Source: Octopus sinensis (Eukaryota). From it: DNA of 64,000 nucleotides. The translations under genes and the position numbers were made by a program. The stretch covers positions 9,362,001-9,426,000 of the forward strand of contig NC_043021.1 of NCBI RefSeq assembly GCF_006345805.1, read 5' to 3'. How positions within the stretch are numbered: the stretch's first letter is position 1; each line of letters begins with the position of its first letter. The notes beneath the pieces were generated by a model. That model worked only from the letters and a program-made list of their open reading frames with translations, was not told the DNA's origin and ran no database searches. Below, one piece after another: positions 10,950 to 55,800 of the stretch.

Positions 10950-11265
10950 TCTCTTTTTACTTGTTTCAGTCATTTTGACTGCGGCCATGCTGGAGCACCG
11001 CCTTTAATCGAGCAACTCGACCCTGGGACTTATTCTTTGTAAGTCTAGTACATATTTTATCGGTCTTTTGCCGAACCGCTAAGTGACGGGAACATAAACA
11101 CACCAGCATCGGTTGTTAACGCACATACATATATATACATATATATGACGGGCTTCTTTCAGTTTCCGTCTACCAAATCCACTCACAAGGCTTTGGCCGG
11201 CCCGAGGCTATAGAAGAAGACACTTGCCCAAGGTGCCACGCAGTGGGACTGAACCTGGAACCGGG
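10950..11265 (-). mobile_element. Family A SINE
   Basis: Reverse complement of family A with internal deletion. Confidence 0.8.
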
Positions 11266-11779
11266 AACAGTGCAGATGCACCATCAATGTTTTAGGTATC
11301 TGGTCACACACTGACATTTTTCATTCTTATTTCTTTTAACCATTCTATTCTCAAATCTACTACGGTATAGATGGCATATTCTATCTACATGACTGTTTTA
11401 GAATATCTTCAGACATTTTTTTTTTTTGCTTTCTATTCTTTACTGCACACTCTGACCGATATGTTTTCTCTGTGTAGTCAGATATCTTGCATGCAGGAGA
11501 TAAGGTATCGACTCCTGTTGGCCTACTTGCGATGCATTCCTCGTTATTGTTCAGAGACACAGCTTTAGGAGATACAGTTTGGCAAGTTTTGACGTGGCAC
11601 AGATTCTTCGTTACTTGTAGGTTACTTAGTCATACGTTTATCTAGAAAATGTCAGTGAAGTGGTGTTTGCAGGGTTTGAGCATACTGATGTTGACTGTGT
11701 GTATGCTGTGTGCGTGTATGTGTGTGTGTGTGTGTATAATTATATATATATATGTACATATGTATACACACACACATAA

Positions 11780-11890
11780 TTATATCTATCTATGTGTCTA
11801 TCCATCAATCTATCTATCTATCTATCCATCCATCAATCTATCTATCTATCTATCTATCCATCCATCATCCATCCATCCATCCATCCATCC

Positions 11891-11929
<39 letters not shown>

Positions 11930-11972
11930 CATCTATCTATCTCTATCCATCCATCCATCCATCCATCCATCC

Positions 11973-12030
<58 letters not shown>
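11780..12030. repeat. (ATCT)n/(ATCC)n tetranucleotide array
   Basis: Directly visible; second short array at 12285-12345. Confidence 0.95.
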
Positions 12031-12281
12031 TTGTGATACACGATCCCCATTGATCGTTTTTTTTCTCTCTCTCTTTTTACAATCCCTTTTGATCGAAAAC
12101 CTACCCCACTTTTTCTTTTTTTTCTCTTTTTTTTTCTCTTTTTACGATCCCTTTTTACCCCACTTTTTCTTTTTTCTTTTTCTTTTTCTTTTCTTTCCTT
12201 CTTTTTCTTTCTTCCCAAAAAGAAAAGCTCTACTTTGTAATTTGTCCCCTGTGTTCAGCCCTGTGTGGCTAATAAAGAAAC

Positions 12282-12342
<61 letters not shown>

Positions 12343-12479
12343 TTATCTGACTTTATTATTCCTATTCAAGAATGTTGTTGACATCAGCTTAGCTGGCCAA
12401 AACTTTGAAGTCACTATCAACAACATTCATGTATAAGAATAATAAATTTGAACTCTACAAAAGTATAGAGTAACCCATC

Positions 12480-12820
12480 AGATTAACGCAAAATTGTTTT
12501 TATATGCCGGTGGCATGTGAAAAACAACATTTGATCATGGTCATTGCCAGTGGCGCCGGACTGGCTCCCGTGCATGTAAAAATACTTTTGAGCATGGTGA
12601 CTGCCAGAACTGCCTGACTGGCCCTTGTGCTGATGGCACGTAAAAACACCCGCTACACTCTCAGAGTGGTTGGCGTTAGGAAGGGCATCCAGCTGTAGAA
12701 ACTTTGCCAGATCAGATTGAGCCTGGTGCAGCCTCTGGCTCACCAGTCCTCAGTCAAACCGTCCAACCCATGCCGGCATGGAAAGCGGACGCTAAACGAT
12801 GATGATGATGATGATGATGA
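12480..12820 (+). mobile_element. SINE family D with GGCGTTAGGAAGGGCATCCAGC core (Meta/MESC-like?) and RTE-type (GAT)n tail
   Basis: Core motif plus ..AAAGCGGACGCTAAACGATGATGAT tail. Minus-strand copies at ~13750-14080, 17740-18030, 22735-23000, 47270-47460, 49610-49860, 55365-55790, 59800-59950, 61000-61180, 62320-62560. Confidence 0.7.
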
Positions 12821-14126
12821 TGTAAAATGCCAGTTAGTAAATGAGAGCTGACCAATTGGATTGTAGGACTCACCATGACCCCTACCCCACTACACACAGG
12901 AGTTTCAAGATTAGTTGATCAGCTAAAAAGTAAGGGATACTAACATGACATCTTAGCCTCACCTAGTTTTCTCTCATTGATACACTCATGTACTAAATTT
13001 CCCTCGATGGGTTCGGCATTTTACATATAAACCTTCACCCCTATAACATAGACCGTGCCATCAAACCCACCACTAAAGTTCTATGGAAACACAATGTGAA
13101 CTACTGCCTAAAATTATCCCTCCTGCAAAAATTCCTCCTGAAAGTGACTCTATTCACCTACCCACCACTGGATGAAATACCATGGATTTTAGAAATCCTT
13201 TATGGGAAGTCTATACCATATTCCCCTTGCTATGCCAACATTATTGTTCTCTGCTCTATTTCACTTGCATTCTTGTTTTTGCTCTCATTCTTATTCTTAC
13301 TCTATTTAAAAGGATAAGCATACCTTATCTATTCTTAACTGACTTTTATATGTGTTAGCCCCCAGCCCCAACCACTTAGACCCTCTGAAGAAGCCTAGGG
13401 GCACATCTATCTATTATCCAAGCCTTGTCTGTTCATCCCTGAATGACATTGAAGTGATGGAGATAACCTGGAAGATTTTGTTGCCTCATGGCAGAAACGG
13501 CTGTAAGGAACTTGTACCTGCACACCCATTTATATTTTTGCTCATTTGTTTCTATATATTTGTATGTATTCACATCCTTGTCTATGCAGTTACCAGTTTT
13601 TTCCCCACTCGTCAATCTGTATCATTCGTACATGTGCGTGTATTTATCCAATACAACTGAATAAATAGACATAATTGAATGTTTACTGGCTGATGTCTGT
13701 TGATTTTATATCCTCTTTGTTTTCTTACATGCTGTATATATATATATATATATCATCATCATCGTCATTGTTTAACGTCCGTTTTCCATGCTAGCATGGG
13801 TTGGACACTTCGACCAGGATCTGGGAAGCCAGAAGGCTGCACAAGGCTCCAGTCTGATCTGGCAGTGTTTCTACAGCTGGATGCCCTTCCTAACGCCAAC
13901 CACTCCGTGAGTGTAGTGGGTGCTTTTTATGTGCCACCGGCACAGATGCCAGGCGAGGCTGGCAACGGCCACGATCGGATTGGTGTTTTATGTGCCGCCG
14001 GCACAGGGAGTACAGATACAATTTCCATTGATTTTTGATGTTGATGTACTTGACTCTATAGGTCTCCTCAAGCACAGGGTTGAAATGGTGTTTCTTTATA
14101 TATATATATATGTATGTATGTATATA

Positions 14127-14172
<46 letters not shown>

Positions 14173-14180
14173 ATATATAG

Positions 14181-14225
<45 letters not shown>

Positions 14226-14429
14226 TTGAAGATTAATCAGCCGAAATTGCGAGGATGATCCAGTTCTTGACGAGGATAGAAAGCTTCGAATGACTCATCC
14301 TTGTTTTATTGTATCCCCTATCTGGATGTTTTGTTGTCCCTTTTTGTATCACCTAGTTGTCCGGATGTTTTGCGTTCTTGTCCCATTTTATATTTTATAT
14401 ATATATATGTATATATATATATTCATATA

Positions 14430-14815
14430 TACTCTTTACTTGTTTCAGTCAGTTGACTGCGGCCATGCTGGAGCACCGCCTTTAGTCGAGCAACTCGACC
14501 CCGGGACTTATTCTTTGTAAGCCCAGTACTTATTCTATCGGTCTCTTTTTGCCAAACCGCTAAGTGACGGGGACGTAAACACACCAGCATCAGTCGTCAA
14601 GCAATGCTAGGGGGACAAACACAGACACACAAACACACACACATATAAATATATATATATACGACAGGCTTCATTCAGTTTCCGTCTACCAAATCCACTC
14701 ACAAGGCATTGGTCGGCCCGGGGCTATAGCAGAAGACACTTGCCCAAGATGCCACGCAGTGGGACTGAACCTGGAACCATGTGGTTGGTTAGCAAGCTAC
14801 TTACCACACAGCCAC
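14430..14815 (-). mobile_element. Family A SINE, full length
   Basis: Reverse complement of family A. Confidence 0.85.
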
Positions 14816-14935
14816 GTATACACACATATACATACATATGCATATATATATACATACATATACATATATACATGTATATATATGTATATATATATATGTA
14901 TATGTATGTATGGATGTATATAGTATATATATATC

Positions 14936-14971
<36 letters not shown>

Positions 14972-15504
14972 AATATATATACACACACACATATGTATGT
15001 ATGTACGCATGCTTTATGCAAATAACTGACTACAAAGAGACAAAATAATTTCCAGTCGAATAACTGACCTGAATTAACATATATAACATAACAATCACTC
15101 ACATTGGTTGGGTTTGTTGCTAGGATACAAAACAAACAATAATTAAAAGATGGCTGCAATGTGCTCGGATAAGTTGTGAAGTGAATTTTTAGCTGTTTCC
15201 CTACAACTAGTTAAAGCAATCCATCTCCCCTACCCCTTATTACAGAAAATTAATTGCTGTTGCCCGACCGGCCATGTAAGTGATTTGTGAAACGTGCTTC
15301 TTGTTTACTATATTGGTCCACAGTTGTTTACTAATTATAAGGTCATTTACTAATTATAAGGTAAATATAGAGTTTTGTTATGATAAGAACACAGACATAC
15401 AGACACACACACATACACATACACACATGCATGCACACATAACCACACGCACAAATATACAAATGCATATTATATAAACATGTACATGTGTGTATCTCTC
15501 TCTC

Positions 15505-15553
<49 letters not shown>

Positions 15554-15569
15554 ATGTGTAATTATTTTA

Positions 15570-16012
15570 TTCTTTTACTTGTTTCTGTCATTTGACTGTG
15601 GCCATGCTAGAGCTCTGCCTTTAGTTGAACAAATCGACCCCAGGACTTATTCTTTGTAAGCCTAGTACTTATTCTATCAGTCTCTTTTGCCAAACTGCTA
15701 AGGTACGGCAATGTAAACACACAAGCATCGGTTGTCAAGCGATGTTGGGGGGGACAAATACAGACACACAAACACACACACATACATACATAAATACATA
15801 CATACATACATACAGACAGACAGACAGACAGACAGACATATATATACATATATATATGATGGGCTTCTTTCAGTGTCTGTCTACCAAATCCACTCACAAG
15901 GCTTTGATTGGCCTGAGGCAATAGTGGAAGACACTTGCCTAAGGTACCACATAGTGGGACTGAACCCAGAACCATGTGGTTGGTTAGCAAGCTACTTACC
16001 ACACAGCCACTC
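15570..16012 (-). mobile_element. Family A SINE
   Basis: Reverse complement of family A with (CATA/GACA)n insert. Confidence 0.8.
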
Positions 16013-16151
16013 TAGAAATTATTAAGGTGACTTATTTGCAATTTACAACCAAAAGGCACAAGTATAGACGTCCCCTTAATGACTAAGGGTACTAGTCAGC
16101 TCCAGCATTGCTAGAAATAAGAGTCAGAACAACTCTTACCCACAGGAAGGT

Positions 16152-16723
16152 ATATGGGTTGTCCGGAAAGTTCGTGCCAATTTAAAGCAGCTTACCTTTC
16201 GACTTATTTTAGAACATGGTTGAATCCATAAAATAGGATTTGTCTACACCTCCATTTAGAGCACAGTTTAAGCTATCTTTTCGTGGAAGAAGGTCTATGT
16301 TCCTATAACCTGTGTTAATTCTGTAACCCTTTAAAATGGAAGATAAGACAGTTCATTTTCGGGACTTGATGCTTTGGGAACCAGACAAAAATTGCTGCAG
16401 CTCGGCTGGGATGTGTTACCCCACCCTCCATATTCACCGGATATTGCTCCTTTGGATTTCCACTTATTGCAGGTCTCTGCAGAATAGTCTTAATGGTAAA
16501 AATTTCAATTCCTTGGATGACATAAAAAGATACCTTGATGAATTTCTTTGCCATGAAACCACCTCAATTCTGGGAAGAGGGTATTTTCAAGTTAAAGGAA
16601 AGATGGAGATGCATTGTGCAATAAAATGGTTCATATTTGGTTGATCAAAAATGTAACGGCATGTATTTATTGAACTTTTTCTTGCCTTTAAAAATCGGCA
16701 CGTACTTTCCGGACAACCCAATA
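16152..16723 (+). mobile_element. Internally deleted mariner element
   Basis: TIRs TATxGGGTTGTCCGGAAAGTTCGTGCC / GGCACGTACTTTCCGGACAACCCAATA. Frameshifted transposase remnant HPPYSPDIAPLDFHL...SLQNSLNGKNF. Partial copy at 43655-43830. Confidence 0.85.
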
Positions 16724-16757
16724 TTTACCTAATGACTGACAAGGGAGACAAGCAATG

Positions 16758-16802
<45 letters not shown>

Positions 16803-16817
16803 CGATGACGATGACGA

Positions 16818-16853
<36 letters not shown>

Positions 16854-16965
16854 TGTTGATGATGATGATGTTGATGATGATGATGATGACGATGGTGATG
16901 GTGATGGTGATGATGATGATGTTGATGTGATGGTGATGGTGATGATGTTGATGGTGATGGTGATA

Positions 16966-17028
<63 letters not shown>

Positions 17029-17050
17029 TGATGATGATGATGATGATGAT
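16758..17050. repeat. (GAT)n/(GAC)n trinucleotide array just upstream of SANBR coding exon 1
   Basis: Directly visible. Confidence 0.95.
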
Positions 17051-17140
17051 AATGCATGCACACATCTTTTTATCTCCCCTCAGTGTTTCTCTTTCAGTTG
17101 GTCTCAGAAGTCTAAGATTGAGCGGAAGAAAGAAGCAGAT

Positions 17141-50182
<33,042 letters not shown>

Positions 50183-52804
50183 ATCTGGAACAGGGATGAA
50201 GAAGAAACTCATTTATCATCTAAAGTAACTAATTACGTGCTGGATTAAGGATTAACAATTGTCTGTTCTGGGCTGATTCTAGATTTCTAGTCTTACAGGC
50301 AAATTGGGCTCACATTTACTTGTGCCTTCTCTGCGGTAAATGCTGTAGCAAAGAGTTTGTGTACAACATCAATGTTGGCAGGGTTTAACAAATTGTCAAC
50401 TCATATATTCTTTTAGGCACATTGGTGGAAGAAAACACCTCCTTCTTGCAATACATTTGGTGACAAAAAAAAAAAAGCAATTTCACATTTGAATGATCAG
50501 TAGTGGAATTCATCAAACCACATTCTTGCTGGTGCATTGGAGATATTCATATCACCTATGCAGTAGAAAAACATTCTTTATCTTGACATCATCTTCTATT
50601 AAATTGTTAAAATAAGAACTGAGCTGGTCTCGAAATGCTGTCACCAGAAGAAATATATTTATGAAAGTTCATCTTAACTACATGCTGAAAATACTGCAAA
50701 TTTACAAGTAGATTTTCTTTGTAATTCTTTCAATTTTTGGAAACCCATGTAAAAAACTTTCAAATAAAAATTGTCATAAGTTACTCCCTACTCTCTTTAC
50801 TTTTCCCACCCTATCATATTAGTTATTTTATCTGATACCATTAAATTATGAAGACAGTATTTCCTAATGTCTCACAACCCTCTGTACACTCTCTCTTTCT
50901 CTTTCGTGTCCTCTCACTTTATTTTAAACCAGCTTTATTGTTTTAACATTGTACTAAACACTTTGAGATTGGCACAGGCGCGGCTGTGTAATAAGAAGTT
51001 TACTTTCTAACCACATAGCTCCAGATTCAATTCCACTGTGTACCACCTTGAGGTGTCTTCTACTATAGCCTTGGGCTGATCAAAACTTTGTGAGAGGACT
51101 TGGTAGACGGAAATTGAAATATAATATATATATATATTATTATATATGGCCAAGTGGATAGGGCAGCGGACTCACGGTCGGAGGATCACGGTTTCGATTC
51201 CCAGACCGGGCGTTATGTGTGTTTATTGAGCAAAAACACCTAAAGCTCCACGTGGCTCCGGCAGGGGGTGGTGGCGACCCCCGTTGTACTCTTTCACCCC
51301 AACTTTCTCTCACTCTCTCTTCCTGTTTCTTGAGTAATGCTGCGATGGACTGGTGTCCCGTCCAGCTGGAGGAAAAAACATATGCCACAGAAACCGAGCC
51401 CATGAGCCTGGCTAGGCTTGAAAAGGGAGCATAAATAATAAATATATATATATATAATTATTATTTTAATAATTATCTATATAATTATAACAAAGGATTG
51501 TCTATAAGCCTCTCCACTCACTGGAAAAATAGATGTGAAAAGACACTATTACCCTCTTAAAAACTCCGAGAATAACACACAGGGTGTGGCTGTGTCTATG
51601 TTTATCTCCCACAACCACTTGACAACTGGTGTTGGGGTTTTTAAGTCTCCAGAACTTAGTGGTTTGGTAAAAGAGACCAACATAATAAGTAGAAGGCTTT
51701 AAAAACAATAAGACTACTGAACAACAACAGCAAACAACAACAATAAAAACCAGATATTTCATTTGTGAAACTTTAATAGGATTTTCAATGTAGTGGTAAT
51801 AATAATAATAATAATAATATTAATATTAATAATAATAATGATAAAAGATCACATCCACCACCACTACTCCCAGTAATAATAATAATGATAGGTTTTTTAT
51901 TCAAACGACTTCCTCAAATTAGTCAAAATAATTTGATAATTAGCATTTCCCCCAATCTTGCTAAATGAAGTGTGTGTGCAGGCATACATTCATATGTATA
52001 TACACACATACATATATAAATATACATACACATACACACACACATGCATACAAATATATATATATATACACACACACATACATACACTCACACATACACA
52101 CATGTATGCATATGAAAATGATGCTCCAGTGTGGCCGTAGTTGTGATGGTTTAAAGAACCACACCCATATATACATACCTGTTAATGTATATACACATCC
52201 TCTCCATATGTATGTGTGTATGCGTATATCTATCTATCTATATATGTGTATATATGCATAATGACAAGTTTCTTCACTGTTATCAGATGTGAAGCCATCA
52301 GAGCTGTAGCGGTTTTGCTCCAGCTAAACAGACCAAATTAGTTATACTACAAAAACAAAAACAAAAAAAAACAAAACAAACAAAACAAAACAAATCATCA
52401 CCACTACCACCACCACCACTACTGTAACCTATGCAGCCACTGCAGTCCTTTAAAAGTCAGAAACTGTGATCCACATTCAAATTTGGACAAGAAACCATCT
52501 TCTGTCAGTCAAGACTTCTGGAATGATATACAACTGTAGAGTGAGTGACACAGCAGAAGTATGAGGAGAAGAGAGTGGGAAGGGGAGGGGGGGATAGTGC
52601 TAGTAGAGAATATAAGGATATGGGGTACAGTGTGTGTATGTAGCTGGTGGAGGTGGTGGTGGTGGTGAACTGGAGTTCAGAGTTTGCATGTTGAGGCAGA
52701 CGTTTGTGGTTTGTGATGTGGAGTGAGTAGTGGCAGTAAACTAGTCCAGAAATGTGTGCTTGTTGATCATCGGAGTTCAGAGCTATGGGTCTGTCATCTT
52801 GTCT

Positions 52805-52840
52805 CTAGTCTTCTAACAAATCATCATCTAAATTGACATC
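52805..52840 (-). CDS. COPB2: COPB2 terminal coding exon
   Basis: TTTCCAG|DVNLDDDLLED* (recalled human DINLDEDILDD*). Candidate minus-strand AATAAA at 51896-51901. Confidence 0.92.
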   Translation of the reverse strand, partial: DVNLDDDLLED

Positions 52841-55800
52841 CTGGAAATAGAGAAGAAAATAAAGACTTAAAATTCTGTGTGTATGCGTGTGTGTGTGTGT
52901 TGATTTTCATCTACAAGACGAAAGCACTAAATTCTATAGCAGAGTGTAATAGTGAATATATAAAGTTGTCTGTGTGTGTGTGTGAAGAAGCTTGAGAGGC
53001 TGTTGGATGGAACCTACACTCGCCTCCTTATGAGAGCTCAAAATCTCTCGTGGAAGCGCTATACAACCAAAATGCAAATATATGGGAAACTACCACCTGT
53101 GTCATCTCTTGTGAAAGGTAGGAGAGTCCAGTTTGCTGGACATTGTTGTAGAGCTGAAAAAGAGGTAATTTCTACTCGTCTCCTCTGGAAGCCATCTACT
53201 CGCAATACCAGAGGGCGCACACTCTCCTACCCTGATGTAATCTCCAGGGATACAGGCATCCAGCAACAGGACCTCCGTAATGCCATGATGGACCGTGAAG
53301 TCTGGCGTAGCATGGTAAATTCCATTGTCTTGACCACGGTCGAACAATGATGATGATGATGTGTGTGTGTGTGTATGTATGTGCCTGTGGAGTGGCTGTG
53401 TGGTAAGTAGCTTGTTTACCAACCACATGGTTCCGGGTTCAGTCCCACTGCATGGCACCTTGGGCAAGTGTCTTCTACTATAGCCTCGGGCCGACCAAAG
53501 CCTTGTGAGTGGATTTGGTAGACGGAAACTGAAAGAAGCCCGTCGTATATATGTATGCGTGTGTGTGTTTGTCCCCCTAGCATTGCTTGACAACTGATGC
53601 TGGTGTGTTTATGTCCCCGTTACTTAGCGGTTCGGCAAAAGAGACCGATAGAATAAGTACTGGGCTTACAAAAGAATAAGTCCCGGGGTCGAGTTGCTTG
53701 ATTAAAGGCGGTGCTCCAGCATGGCCGCAGTCAAATGACTGAAACAAGTAAAAGAGTAAAGATAGATATAAGGATACACAAAACTTACTGAAGTATCAAC
53801 ATTATCAAGGTTCAAGTTCTCTAAATCCAATTCCAATTCTTTCTCCAGGTCTGACACAGCTTGTTTTGACAATATTGAGTCTACAGATTTTTCTGTTGAT
53901 GCTGTTTCACTTTCAGTATGTTGGGCGATGTTGTCTTTATCATGGAGCTCCTATATATATCAGCCACAGAGATGAAGAAAAACAGACATTTAAAAAAACA
54001 CATTATAGAAAGAACATTTCACCAACGTTATGTTTACACAATCTAACTCCTTTCTGTATGATGCAAACTCCTAGCACACAAGTCACTAGCTCAACAACAA
54101 GACACGACTCATAGACCTACTACATTAGATATGTCACCAAACTGATGACTATACCGTACACTCAGATAGTATGTATTGCAGGTTGTTGCAATCTGCAATC
54201 TGGTGGGTCATAGGGAAGGATTGAATATATCACTGCCACACACCAGATCCTACCTGAAGATGTTCCTGACTAAAAACCGACCAAGATACAATAACACCAT
54301 ATGCACATTGCCCAACTGTTCAATCAACAATGAGAACATATGTTTGCATTCCTATGTGATGTTTAAAATCAGATGTAGGAACTGTAATGGATCTTGCGTT
54401 CTTGACAACATGCAGTGTTTAATGTTAGGGGTGTAGTGTTACAATGTGACGTACTGTACTCTCTCTACAGTCCAGTCTATACATTCTAATTGTAGCTATA
54501 GGAGAGGTAGGCAAAAGTGGGTCAGAACATGAGAATTGCTGGGGATTCTACAAATTTTTAATGCATTTTGCATTAAATGTTAGCACTAACTCACAACATA
54601 GGTGTTTATCTATCTATATAGGTGCAGGCATGGCTGGTGTAGTAAGAAGCTTGCTTCCCAATCACATGGTTCCAGGTTCAGTCCCACTGCATAGCACCTT
54701 GAGCAAGTGTCTTCTAGTACAGCCTCAAGCCGACCAAAGGCTTGTGAGTGGATTTGATGGTAGGAAAATGAAAGAAGCCCAATATATGTGTGTGTGTGTG
54801 TGTGTGTCCGTCTATTTCCTCCAGAACTGCTTGACAACTGGTGTTAACATCCTTGTAACTTAGCAGTTCGGCAAAATGAACTGATAAAATTAGTATCAGG
54901 CTTTACAAGAGAAAAAAAAATGTACTGGGAACGATGCATTCAACTAAAACTTCTTCAAGGAAATGCCCCAGCATGACCACAGTCTAATGACTGAAACGAG
55001 TAAAAGTCAAAAGATCTCACTACATAACTACTTCTAATTAAGCTATTTAAAACTCCATGCATTATGTTAACGGTAACAAAATCATTAACTTGATGCTCAA
55101 AATCCACACAAAAACACAGACACCTTCAGTGTCCATAAAATATTAGTCAGAAGTGAAGGCTTCAAATAAGAAATCTGTGCAAAAAGTTAAGACAAATGAA
55201 CAGTAGCATTTCAAGAGGATGGGGAGGTGGGGTGTTAAATATCCCTTATACCAGTGGTTCTCAACCATTTTTTTTTTACCTGTGGACCCCTTTGATCACT
55301 GTTTTACTTTTGGTGGACCCACAGAGGCTCTCAATGTTTAAAAACTAGTTCTATAGATATATCATCATTGTTTAACGTCCGTTTTCCATGCTAGCATGGG
55401 TTGGATGGTTCGACCGGGGTCTGGGAAGCCAGGAGGCTGCACCAGGCTCCAGTCTGATCTGGCAGAGTTTCTACTACTGGATTCCCTTCCTAATGTCAAC
55501 CACTCCGAGAGTGTAGTGGGTGCTTTTACATGCCACCGGCACAGGGACCAGTCAGGCGGTATTGGCAGTGACCATGCTCGAATGTTTTTACATGTGCCAG
55601 TAAGGTGACGCTGGTAACGATCACACTCAAATGGTGCCTTTTATGTGCCACTGGCATGGAAACCGGTTAGCCGCTCTGTCAACGATCACACTCGTATGGT
55701 ACTCATTGTACCTCGCTAGCACGGATGCCAGTCATTGAATTTGATTTTGAGTTCACTTGCCTCAACAGGTCTTCGCAAGCAGAGTTTAGTGCCCAAAGAA

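Noticed and set aside
14262-14300. Hammerhead-like remnants CTTGACGAGG..CTTCGAATGAC (also in the 23375-23405 loop)
   Set aside because: Core is broken (no CUGANGA/GAAA pair) and there is no valid stem I or NUH site.
50417-52340. Other candidate SANBR last exons (after AGs near 50417 and 52287)
   Set aside because: No resemblance to the known C-terminus, whereas 50152-50182 gives AKFRFG.
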